Source of the DNA: Podarcis filfolensis
Lineage: Eukaryota
Length of the DNA: 64,000 nt
Reading direction: 5' to 3' (one strand)
Assembly (NCBI GenBank): GCA_964270895.1
Contig: OZ185437.1
The stretch's first letter is position 1. Each line of letters starts with the position of its first letter. This document shows, in pieces, positions 26,332 through 36,815 of this stretch. A program made the translations under genes and the position numbers. The notes under the pieces were generated by a model, which had not been told where the DNA came from, did no database searches, and saw only the letters and a list, made by a program, of their open reading frames with translations.

Positions 26332-26386
26332 CATTAACAGCCCCGGGAGCTACTTCTTTCACAACCAACCTTGTTTTCGAAGACAT
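26332..26386 (-). CDS. SLC17A5: Candidate alternative first coding exon of sialin (MSSKTRLVVKEVAPGAVN)
   Basis: ATG with G at -3 and an in-frame TAA three codons upstream. 55 nt ending in G|GTAAGA, phase 1, which is compatible with exon 2. No transcript evidence is available. Confidence 0.45.
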
Positions 26387-28596
26387 TTCCCTTTAATTTC
26401 CTAGTTACTGTTGTGCTGGATCATCGAAATGCTCCCATGATCTGAACGGAAAGCTCCTGCAACATTTTTAGTTTGAGGAAGTTGCCCTGAATATTTATTA
26501 CTGCAAATGAGGCACAGTAGACATGGCATGGCAAGTTTATTATCTTGCTGTTCTAGTGCCCAACGTTAAACAGCAAAGGAGCCTTCACTGGTGTTAATAA
26601 CATCCTTAGTCTTCTGCCTTTCTGCAAGACCACCTTAAGCTATTGTTGCTTTCACAAACCACTTCTGGCTTTCTTCCAGATCAACCTCTGCCTGGTAGAT
26701 GTGGAATATCCTGTTCTGCAGCTCTGCTTCCCTCAGCAACCCGCCTTTTGCCATTCACGTCACATCACACTGCTCTCAGTCAATAGCCTCTCTCTAACCC
26801 CACTGCCACGTAAACACTAAATGCCAAATTCTGCATTTCAGCCATTGCCATTCGATTTCTTACTTAACTATACACACAGTATTTTTGAATTGAATGTTTA
26901 GCATCAAATTCATTTATTTACCTTTCTCAGCTGTTAGTGCAAGTTTACTACTTAGGAAACACCACTTTCAACCAACTTTTACTTGTTCCCTGTCCCCCAA
27001 GCAAATGAAATCAGGGCTGTACAGATGCAGAGTAGGGGAGAAGAATAGGAAATTGCTTGCTGCTGAGAAAACCACCTTGGTTTTTGGAGGGAGTCGGAAT
27101 AGGTGTGCTGCTTTAATCTCTCACCATTAAAAAAAAACAGGTCTGGATGTACACTGTGACAAGTATTTGGGTCTTCGACATGATCTCTGACAACTTTTAT
27201 CAAACATGGGGAAGTAAAACTGACAATGCTGTGCTGGGCAGGGAGCAACACACAACCTTAAATTTCAACATGATCAGCCATTGCCAGAAAGGACAGGACT
27301 GTAATCTTGCTTTTAATTGCCTTTTTAAACCCATGTTTTATGGAAGGATAAACGAACACTACTGTGACTGAGCTACATATGGTGGGATCACAGATCCTTA
27401 TAATAATGGTTTTTAATTATTTATTTATACGGATAGCTTCCTTATCACTTTGCTACATTTTTTCTTCTGTGCTGTTTCCTTGTCTAATAACAGACTGTCC
27501 TGTTTAGGTGTTGTTGTTTCTTTAAAGGATATTTTATGCAATTGTATAACACTTATGCCACAAGTGCAAAAGGAAACCAATTTTAAGATTTCCAATGTGA
27601 ACATCTAGTGCAAGTAGAAATGGACAAAGGCAGCTGACTGAAAGGGATTAAGAGCTATCTTGTTTGATTGGATCAAAGTCCAGCATTCTGTTTCCATCCA
27701 GATGTCTCTGGAAGCGCAGAAATAAGGCAGGAAGCCAGGTTAGGAACTACGTTGCAACCTGATCAATAAATCATACGAGTTTTAGTTAAATCATCAATCA
27801 ACTCAATTTTGCAGAATTTCTGAAGCAATATTGTTTGCTTCACTTTTTTTAAAAAAGAATGCACATGTATTTCCTAGTAGGCATCAACTTGTAAGAAGCA
27901 TCCAGCCCCCTTGTGTGAGAAAAGGAAGAATACCTCTTTTAACAAGATTTTATATGCATTTGTATTGAAAAGAATATATATTTAAATTTTGCTGCCCAAT
28001 TAATTTTCAGTTTATTAAACATTTTAAACAGATCAATAAATTAAACAAAGCAGCCCTAGATATGGTCATTCTCTTGCATCTAGTAACTGGATGTATACTG
28101 TCTCTCAAGATGCTAGTTCATGTACCCGCATGTACTGTTTTCTAAGTTTAATCGTTAGGAACATGTCCTTCTCTTCAAATCAATGTAAATAGATCTATAC
28201 AAACAGCACTTGCGCTAAGGTTCCAGGTGATTTTTCAGGATAAATACTGCTGGTCAGAAATGAATAAACACCAAGTGGAAGTTTAATCTATGGGACAGAG
28301 CTTTCGGCTTGGTTCCAGGGCCAATCCTGCCTCCTCAAAGAATGGACTGGGTGACTTTGAGTAAGTCATGAGCTCAGTTGGGCCAGCAGGAGAGACACAA
28401 CGGCAGTATTTGCATGTCATGGTAGTTTGTTCCTGGCTTAGTGGTTTGAGCAAAACAAACCAAGGTCCCCAGTTTGTATGCAATGCTAAACCAAGGTTTG
28501 TGCTTTGTTCCCGCCATGGGCTGGTAGGAAGGAACCAAGCAGACACAGTTTGCTAAATACACCACTGGAGGAGGTGGGAATGAGCTCCACTAATTA

Positions 28597-29466
28597 CCGT
28601 ATTTTTCGCCCCATAGGATGCACCGGCCCATAGGACGCACCAAGTTTTTTGGGGGGGAAATAAAGAAAAAAAATTTATTTCCCCCCCCAGGCGCTTGTGG
28701 GGCCGGCAGCGGGGAGATGCACTGTGCCTCCCAGCTGTCCCCGGAGCTTGCGGGGCAGGCAGCGGGGAGAAGCGCTCTTCTCCCCGCCGCCCGCCTGCAG
28801 ACCAGGTCTGGGGACAGCGGGAAGATGCGCTGCGCCTCCCAGCTGTCCCCGGAGCTTGCGGGGCAGGCAGCGGGGAGAAGCGCTCTTCTCCCCACCGCCC
28901 GCCTGCAGACCAGGTCCGGGGACAGTGGGAAGACGCGCTGCGCCTCCCAGCTGTCCCCAGAGCTTGCGGGGCAGGCAGCGGGGAGAAGAGCTCTTCTCCC
29001 CGCCGCCCATCTGCAGAACAGGTACGGGGACAGCGGGAAGACGCGCTGCGCCTCCCCACTGTCCCCGGAGCTTGCGGGGCAGGCAGCGGGGAGAAGAGCT
29101 CTTCTCCCTGCCGCCCGCCTGCAGACTAGGTCTGGGGACAGCGGGAAGACGTGCTGCGCCTCCCCACTGTCCCCGGAGCTTGCGGGGCTGGCGGCGGGGA
29201 GAAGCACGTGTCTCCCCGCCGTCAGCCTCCAAACCGCATCAGGAGACAGCGGGATGGCGGCGTTCCGCCTCCCCGCTGTCCCCCGACCTTGTGGGGCTGG
29301 CGCTGCGGCTCTCCTGGAGCCTGGAGAGTGAGAGGGGTCGGTGCACACCAACCCCTCTCGCTCTCCAGGCTTCAGCGAAAGCCTGCATTCGCCCCATAGG
29401 ACGCACACACATTTCCCCTTCATTTTTGGAGGGGAAAAAGTGCGTCCTATAGGGCGAAAAATACGG
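28597..29466. mobile_element. Tc1/mariner-superfamily (Tc2/pogo-like) non-autonomous element with an internal tandem array
   Basis: 27-bp TIRs CCGTATTTTTCGCCCYATAGGAYGCAC (2 mismatches), TA flanks, no transposase. Confidence 0.88.
28705..29300. repeat. 108-bp GC-rich minisatellite, about 5.5 units
   Basis: Unit starts at 28760, 28868, 28976, 29084 and 29192 (period 108). Confidence 0.95.
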
Positions 29467-29772
29467 TATATTTTTCAAGCAAAATGCAAGAGAGTTTATA
29501 GAAGACAGAACATTTATTACAATCTGATGTTTTATTATTTAATTATTTTTGTAAACTATTTTGATGCTTTACTTCAATCAAGAATAATGTAAATTTTGTG
29601 AAATAAATAAATATATATTTAAGCTGCTCCTTTTCCAAGACCACACTGAGGGGCTGTCCCAATAAACTTGTGAAGCAGGTTTGGCTGAGTGACAGCAAGT
29701 AGCCAAAGACCACCTAGGGAGCTTCAGGGAGGAGCAGGAATTTTAAGGCAAATCTCCCTACTCTAAGCACAA

Positions 29773-30079
29773 CAAGGTTTACCTTGCCTGGGGCGGTTCA
29801 CTCCAGCGAAGGTCCCTCTGTGGGCCAGATTGTGTGCGTGCCCGCGATTTCTGGCGTCTACGCAGATGCGATTTTCAGCACCTGCATCTGTGCAGATGTG
29901 GTTTTCGGCATCTGTGCATGCGCAGACGCGATTTTCGGTGCCGCGAAAGCAAGTCCCCATGCCGTGCTATGCCAGTTTAGCGCAGCGTGTGGGGACTCGC
30001 CGAGTGGGCGGCTCAGGGGCTGGTTAAACGACCCCCGTGGGCCGCTTGTGGCCCAAGGGCCTTAAGTTGCCGACCCCTG
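29773..30079. mobile_element. hAT-type MITE, same family as 51672-51951, one TIR lost
   Basis: Ends GTTGCCGACCCCTG and is reverse-complement similar to the 51672 copy. The other end is truncated at CAAGGTTTACC. Confidence 0.8.
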
Positions 30080-30366
30080 CTCTGGTATAACACACTGGCC
30101 CTGTAGTGAAATGCAACTATGTAGGTAAGGACTTGCCCAATACTTTGCAGCTGCACAGCTTATGTTCTCTCTTCCTCACCCCCCTTGGATGTGCCTGTTA
30201 AAATGTTTACACAACTTTTTTGCAAAGCGTTTACCTCCCCCTTTTCTTTGGATCAGAAACCAGTCCTAGCTTTTCAGGGGTTGCTTACATCATTGAAAAA
30301 AGCCCCCCCCCCCCAATTCATTAAGAGAGCTTTTAGTGCCCAGGGTAACAACACAATCTGATACAC

Positions 30367-30420
30367 ATCTACTCAGAAGTAAGTTCTATTGAGTTCACTG
30401 GGGCTTACTTCTGAGTAGAT
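30367..30420. repeat. Hairpin repeat with a perfect 17-bp stem
   Basis: ATCTACTCAGAAGTAAG / CTTACTTCTGAGTAGAT. Confidence 0.85.
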
Positions 30421-31003
30421 ATGTATAGGACTATGCTCAGTCTAAAACAACTTGCAGCTTTCTTCCTCTTCACTTACCAAATATTTGCTCATATTCCTTG
30501 AGACACCACTTTGTCACCTCAACTATTGCACTGTCTTGTAATTGGGTCACAGTATTCAACCTAGCATGGTAGCATTTTAGTTTCTTCTGCTGATAATGAA
30601 TAACATGCATCAATTAAATAAAATATGATAGATCAGACCAAGTATTTGCATGGTTTACATGGCTGCATTTCCCCCCTACTCACAGTAAATTGTGTATTTC
30701 GGCATTTTGGGGTTACAGAATTTTGGCTTTCCAATTTGCAGTAAATTAAATGCTCTGCAAATAGTCAAACCCTTCTCTTTTCCTTATTTACTATGGTTAA
30801 ACCTGGAAATGATGCACATAGCAATATAAACATACTCACTGGAGTTTAAAGAGTCTCTTAGGCTCATGCAAGGTGCTTGTGTTAGCCTTGATTTTTAATT
30901 CCCCCCCCCTTTTAATTCCTTATTACAATTGACAGTTGAAACTCCCCTCAGTTTTGTCATACAGCATAAGAGGTAAACAATCCTCCATAGCAACTAGTCC
31001 CTA

Positions 31004-31040
31004 AGGTAAAGGGACCCCTGACCGCGCCACCCACGTCCCA
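31004..31040 (-). mobile_element. 37-nt Sauria SINE remnant, head fused to tail
   Basis: AGGTAAAGGGACCCCTGACC (tail) joined to GCGCCACCCACGTCCC (head), perfect 12-bp TSD AACTAGTCCCTA. Confidence 0.85.
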
Positions 31041-31957
31041 AACTAGTCCCTACACAACACTTAACTGATATGCCAAGACATTTTGTTTTCTGGCCTGACC
31101 ATTCTATTTCTAGCGATCTCTAGGATGCTCTGATAAGAGCAGCAACTTAGTAAAACAAAACAAGACTTATTGCCTTTTGTCTTGCAAGCCTTGCTCTAGT
31201 GTCAATCAGAACAAAATTCCTGCATTGATAGCATGCACACTATATAATCAGGGACCACACCAATACTTACAAACCAACAATGCTGAAAGACATCGCATGC
31301 AACAATTGCACATGTGTGGATGGTGCTCAATCCATTTATTTATTAAAAATATTTTTTCACCACCATTCAGTGGAGCTTTGCTGCACGGTTTAAGCATAAG
31401 GAAGCAACAACCAAACACATGTGTAGGATCATGACATTCTTGTATGTAACCATCCTGTTCATCAACACCTACAGAAAAGTTTCTCATGTGTGCAGACACA
31501 TGTCTTCTATATGGGAAATCTATAACATGCAAGCGCTTGTATTTAAAACATGTTTCTTAAGAATGAAGACCCACTGACTTCAACTGCACTACTTCCTAGG
31601 CAGTGTACTTTACATACATGCTCCAGGCAGCAGTTATGTGCTTAACCGAGAGAAATTATTACAGCATCCTAACAGATTTAATGGAGCATAAATTTTGTAG
31701 ATTAGATTCCATTTAGGGGAGGGTCAATAGCTATTCTTGCAGAAGGACTTGAGTTCAATCTCTGGCATCTCCAGCTTAAAAACTCAAGTAGCAGATATGA
31801 GAAGACCTACAACCTTGGATACAATACTGGGCAAAATGATATAATGCAGCTTCTTATGTTCGCATCAGATGCATTAAGCATTATCCTTATTTGGTACACA
31901 CAAAAAGGAATAAGGGGGCAAATTGTAAACAGTGGACTCAACAGTTCACGACAACTA

Positions 31958-32199
31958 CAGTGGTACCTCAGGTTACATACGCTTCAGGTTACAGACTCTG
32001 CTAACCCAGAAATAATACCTCGGGTTAAGAACTTTGCTTCAAGATAAGAACAGAAATCGCATGGCAGCGGTGTGGCAGGAGCGGGAGGCCCCATTAGCTA
32101 AAGTGGTGTTTCAGGTTAAGAACAGTTTCAGGTTAAGAACGGAGCTTCAGGGAGGAGCAGTATGTAACCAAATTAAGTACGTAACCAGAGGTACCACTG
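31958..32199 (+). mobile_element. Tc1/mariner-type MITE (1560 family) with an internal replacement
   Basis: TIRs and TA flanks present. Foreign 20-mer at 32141-32160. Confidence 0.9.
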
Positions 32200-32539
32200 T
32201 AATGTATACATGATAAGCCTGCCCAATCATTCACAACAATCAGTCTGTAATTTCAAGATCTCTGCTCTGGGCTACTATCTGTAGTTGTTGTTGTAGTTGT
32301 TTTAAAAAAAGTTGTTAAACAACTTGATGTTTCATTATGTTTTTATATTTTGTGGAAGCTGCCCACAGTGACTAGGGCTACTCAGATATATGTATTATTA
32401 CTACTACTGTGTGGTTGTAAATTGCCTTAACACTTCATAGACTCTTGAACCCACACTTTGAGGTTTCTCCCTCGACATCTGCGTATGCATGTGTGTAGCT
32501 GGCAAGTGAAGGCAACTGTTCACCCAAATGCAACGTAGC

Positions 32540-33480
32540 CCGCGAAAGTATAATAAACCCGCTAGCTTTCACGGTGCCACAAGACCTCTCCCCGCGTTTG
32601 CTGTCGCCGACCACCCCTCTGAAGCTGGTCGCCGTCGTCGATGGACTCGGTGATACTCATGGCGACAGACGGCAGTCCTGGGAAGTCAGGACTTCCTTCC
32701 GAATAAAGGGGGATAATGCTGCGTTTGCTAGCTACTGGCAAACCTGCACAGGACCGGGACTGTTAAGACACCTCTCCACAGGGTACTGGAGACGGTGGAG
32801 GCGCCCCCACAGAAATGTCCCTCTCCCGCCAACTCGCCTACACCCCACAGCTCCTCAAAGCGAGGGGAACTGGCTGCTGGAGACAAAAAGAGGGCGGGAG
32901 GATCACGACTGAGGTGTGCGCTGGGGGGCAAGCGGTCCCTCCAGCCGCTGCTCTCACCCGCCTTGCCAGTGGGCTGGGCTTCTCGCTGCAGGAGCGGGGT
33001 ACGGTCCTCTTCTTCCTCCGCCTCTTCGGGTTCCGGGGTCTGCATGCTCCCCTTCAGGGCAAAAGCAAACGCGAAACCAGGGCTCCCAAGACGAACCCAG
33101 CCCGTCTGTCGGCGGCTTCCCACCAAAGTCAGCTGCCAGAAAAGCCTAGGCAAGCAGCAGGCACGTGACTTCGAGCCGGGCGGAAGTCCCGCCGCTACCA
33201 TGATTCGGCGGCTCGGCGCCTATGGAACGGGTTTGTTTTCCTTCCCCCGCCCTCCTCCTCGGCCATCTTTGCTGCGGGCAGAAGCCTTTCTGCTGATTGG
33301 TTGCTGGGGTAAAAGGCGGCGGCTGAGGATGCCGCTGCCTAAGGCAGCCAATGGAAGGAAGCCCCTCCGGCGTCGCCCAAATCGCCGCTGGATTCCTCCC
33401 GGCGTTGACTCGTGATGTGCAGGCGGAAGAACAGGACTTTATCTCTGGGTAGCTTGCCGCAGATAAGCGAGGTTTTATGA
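32540..33480. promoter_or_regulatory. CpG island / SLC17A5 promoter
   Basis: GC- and CpG-rich. Contains E-box GTCACGTGCC (33160-33169, CLEAR-like), ETS GCGGAAGT (33180-33187), GC box (33244-33253), YY1-like GCCATCTT (33262-33269) and CCAAT boxes at 33296-33300 and 33348-33352. Boundaries are approximate. Confidence 0.8.
32958..33045 (-). CDS. SLC17A5: Sialin exon 1 (MQTPEPEEAEEEEDRTPLLQREAQPTGKA)
   Basis: Contains the DRTPLL dileucine motif. Donor G|GTGAGA is phase 1. The exon lies in a CpG island. The start codon choice (33045 vs in-frame 33201) is inferred from homology. Confidence 0.9.
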
Positions 33481-34357
33481 CTCCCCAATCATTTAATAAT
33501 GGCAGCAATAAAATACCTTTCACCTAATTTTTCCTACTGAAATGAAGAAAGCGGGCGGGCGGTAAAGGTGACTGGGAGTGTGGAAGGACGGTGAGCTCAG
33601 ATGCAAATGCCTGCGTTAAGAATTTGAGTGTACAGTATGTATATCGTTAGTAGCTGGGTCTGATTGGTGGATCTCCGGGTCCTACCAAAAAGCAATATAG
33701 ACCCCTCAAGCCTAAGTTCTGCTCCCCTCCTTGCCGCTATACCTTGGTTTGTCGAAAGGAAAGGACTGAGGTCAGAGGGAAGTAAAATGCAACTTATGCT
33801 AAATGTGATAAGTACGCAAAAACGTAATTCCATATATTTTTATCATGCTACACGTTAAGGCTGTTAAGCTGCTGATTTCCAGATCTGAGGATTCCTGAAC
33901 TAACAACTGTCAGTTCTGAAGGAAGGCAGGCAAGGACCCACAGCTCAGCCTGCTCACTGGCCAGGCCTGCACTTTCATTTGAACAACTCTAAATCTTTGC
34001 CTAGGTTGGAGTGAGACATCACTTGTTTTAATTTTTGGACTGCTCTTTTGTTTAAGTGTGGTAGATCACAGAAGTTGTATGTGCACATGTAAACAAATAC
34101 CCATGAATCTCTGCTTTCCTGGCTTGGAGCAGCACACACACACAGAGACACAGCTGATGTTTTGTGCAAATCTGGTAGACTGATAAACTTATTAAAAAAT
34201 AATAATTGTGTGTGCTTACAGTTAAACAGATACCAGTGTGCTTGCCCATAATGGCCTCAGTCAAGGCCAGCCCAACCATGAAGTGGTGTGAAGTAGCTAC
34301 CTCAGGCAGCAGAAGCTCCCGAGGCAGCACCTTCATGGGCACCTCCTGGCACATCTC

Positions 34358-34583
34358 AGTTTGCCATACGTTAGGAAATTCCTGACATGTCCTGGTTTTT
34401 GGGTGTAAAAATCGGCAAAATGTCATGGAAAATCTGGATGTATGATGGAAAAAGTAGCACAAAACCTTTAAAATCACTATTTTGGGGGGAGGTTTCCCCC
34501 AAAAAGCTGAACAATTTTATATGGTTTCCTAAAAAAAGTTCATCAACTTTGCGGGTGTTAGGAATTTTGAAATATGGCAACCT
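34358..34583. mobile_element. MITE with (G)TTGCCATA / TATGGCAAC termini
   Basis: Short inverted termini, related to 23575-23692. Confidence 0.55.
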
Positions 34584-35001
34584 GAAGTGTATCCCTCACA
34601 TAGAGTTACAATTCCCAGCACCCTTAGCCTACTACAGAATTCTTTGAGGGGAAAAATGTATAGTATAGTGTGCACACAGAGATAATTAACTTACCAATTT
34701 CAAGGTGTTTGTGTTGTCACCCACACTGCCTTATCAATTGCCACTGCAACCATTTTGCTATTATCCAGGGGCAAAACTAGGTTTTATTTCACCCCGGTCA
34801 AAGACCCAGTTTGGTATGCACACACACACAGCCTCAACGGCACCCCTCTGGAGGCTTCAACCAGGGTAAAAAACCCAGCTGGCTGCCCCCCCTACAGCTC
34901 TGTATTATGTAATTCTCCCTGTCCTTTTTGCATTTTTATTATTTGACCTCTCCATTCCCCACTTCAACCATGTGTGTTGATCCCTTTCAATCTAGAATTA
35001 C

Positions 35002-35090
35002 ACTTCATGCATCTGATGCAGTGGACTGTAGTCCCTGAAGGCTTAGTCCTTACATGTGTTAGTCCTTAAGATGCCACAAAACTCTTTGTC
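35002..35090 (+). mobile_element. Penelope-like element fragment
   Basis: CTTCATGCATCTGATG...GTTAGTCCTTAAGATGCCACAA, a word typical of sauropsid Penelope-type repeats as recalled. Confidence 0.5.
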
Positions 35091-36463
35091 ATAATAGCAC
35101 TGGTGGAGCCAATACAGTTTTCAGGAAGATCAGATAGGGTATTTCCCACAAAGGATGGAAAGCATCGCAAACCCTCACTACCTTCCCCTCTATAAAGGAA
35201 CGCCCACAGCACCAGCAACCATGGCTTGAGAGGAAGCTTTGGATTGGGAAAGAAAGAGAGAGAGAGAGAGACTCTTCATATCTTCCTCCATTGTTCTCTG
35301 CAGAACTGGAGTGTAGCCCAGTCCAGTTAATGGCTGTTGGTAATTCGTTTAGAATGTCCCGTTCTGCTGGAATGCACAAAGGCCTTATTATCATCACAGA
35401 AAGAACAATGTGTGCAACATTTGAAATTGTTAGTAAAAGCTAGCATAGTGTAAGAGCTGGTGTGTTGGAGATAGCTGTGTTTCTATAATTGGTTTAATTC
35501 TTTTAATTTTGCTGTTGGCTTTTATTTGTTTGTGAACCACCTTGATATTTCTTCTTTAAATGACAGACAGTATAAAAATAAAAACGGTATTTTTTTAAAA
35601 AAATCTTTTAATAATACTAGTATTTACTGTGTGGCCTTGGGCCGGTCACTGTTGCTCAGACTAACTAACTCACAGTGTTGGTGTGAGAATCATATGAAAT
35701 AATAAGGAATAAGGAATAAAACCATGTATGCCACCTTGAGCTCCTTGGAGGAAAGGTGGGATATAAATGTGATAAATAAATATTACTACTACTACTAGCC
35801 CTGCTCAGCCATGAAGCTGATGGAGCTGACCTTAGGACACTCCCTGTCTCTCAAATTAACCTACCTCACAGGTTTGGTTTATTATGAGGACAAAATCAGG
35901 AACTCCATAGTACTGATGATCCCAGGCCAAAGAGAACTTTCTGTAAGTGCTGATAGGATCAACACTTCCAGCAAGTCCCACTTATAGCAAGGCTTGCTGT
36001 AAATGCAGTTATCTTTTACATGACTTACTTGAATTCAAGCTGATAATGCAAATGGATTTTTTTTTTACTTTAGGTCACCTGATGTCACTGTGATATCAGG
36101 TGACTAACCTAGGTCTTGCGTAGCCCCTAACTCTTGCCACTATGTCACCCCTTCCAGTAACCTATTGCTACGGCTTTACCTCACCAGGCAAGCTGCTCCT
36201 GCACAAATATACTTATCATGAAATACAAAACATATTTTAGGTATTATACAGTGGTAATCAGAACAACCCACTAAAATCATTGCATGTGCTGATTGACTCA
36301 CCAGTGACAGAATATCTATACTCTATTATCAACCCAACTGTACTTTTGTGAGTGGCCACTGCTAAATACGTAATTATCACCAATTCTGCTTTTCAGTTCC
36401 TTCTGAACTCACTTTTTACAATACTGCCCCTGCCCACAATAATCACATATATACATACTTGCA

Positions 36464-36570
36464 ACTTCATGCATCTGATGAAGAAGATTGTAGTTCACGA
36501 AAGCTTTTGCCATAATAAATTTGTTAGTCTTTAAGGTGCCACAAGACTCTTTGTTGTTTTTGCTACAGAG
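36464..36570 (+). mobile_element. Penelope-like element fragment
   Basis: CATCTGATGAAG...CACGAAAGCTT...AATAAATTTGTTAGTCTTTAAGGTGCCACAAGACTC. Similar to 35002-35090. Confidence 0.55.
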
Positions 36571-36815
36571 ACAAACATACCTCCTTCCCTGGAAATTGTT
36601 TTGTACAGCATTCTGGGCTGACAGCATCAAAGATTGGTATAAATTGCTACAGACAACTATACACAACAGCAGGATAGAGGATTAGGAAAATATCTAAGGG
36701 ATGTGGAATTTAAAAGAAGGGGATCACACAGAGGATAGTGATTTCCTCGCTATGGTTAGTAAATATATGTCCAGAAATCACAATCTTGTTTGGTGGTTTG
36801 GCCATTAAGGATTTA

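Larger units (their letters stand above)
8426..33045 (-). other. SLC17A5: SLC17A5 (sialin) gene, coding span, 11 exons
   Basis: Eleven GT-AG-bounded exons (88,197,234,88,87,119,159,133,148,91,138 nt = 1482 nt) splice into one open 493-aa frame that closely matches recalled human sialin, an MFS anion transporter. It lies next to CD109, as in human. Confidence 0.97.

Noticed and set aside
26660-26755. Short ORF MAKGGLLREAELQNRIFHIYQAEVDLEESQKWFVKATIA upstream of the candidate alternative exon
   Set aside because: It ends in a stop with no donor and has no recognisable homology. At most it is a uORF if the region is transcribed. Coordinates are approximate.
28705-29300. CRISPR-like appearance (regularly spaced palindromes)
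   Set aside because: The sequence between palindromes is repeated rather than unique spacers, no cas genes are present, and the context is a vertebrate intron inside a TIR element.
28553-29452. Overlapping 144-277 aa ORFs on both strands
   Set aside because: They arise from a GC-rich, nearly stop-free 108-bp repeat whose period is a multiple of 3. The translations are repetitive and show no protein-family signal.
32795-33415. 206-aa and other ORFs across the SLC17A5 CpG island
   Set aside because: Stop-codon depletion in GC-rich promoter DNA explains them, and the products are low complexity.
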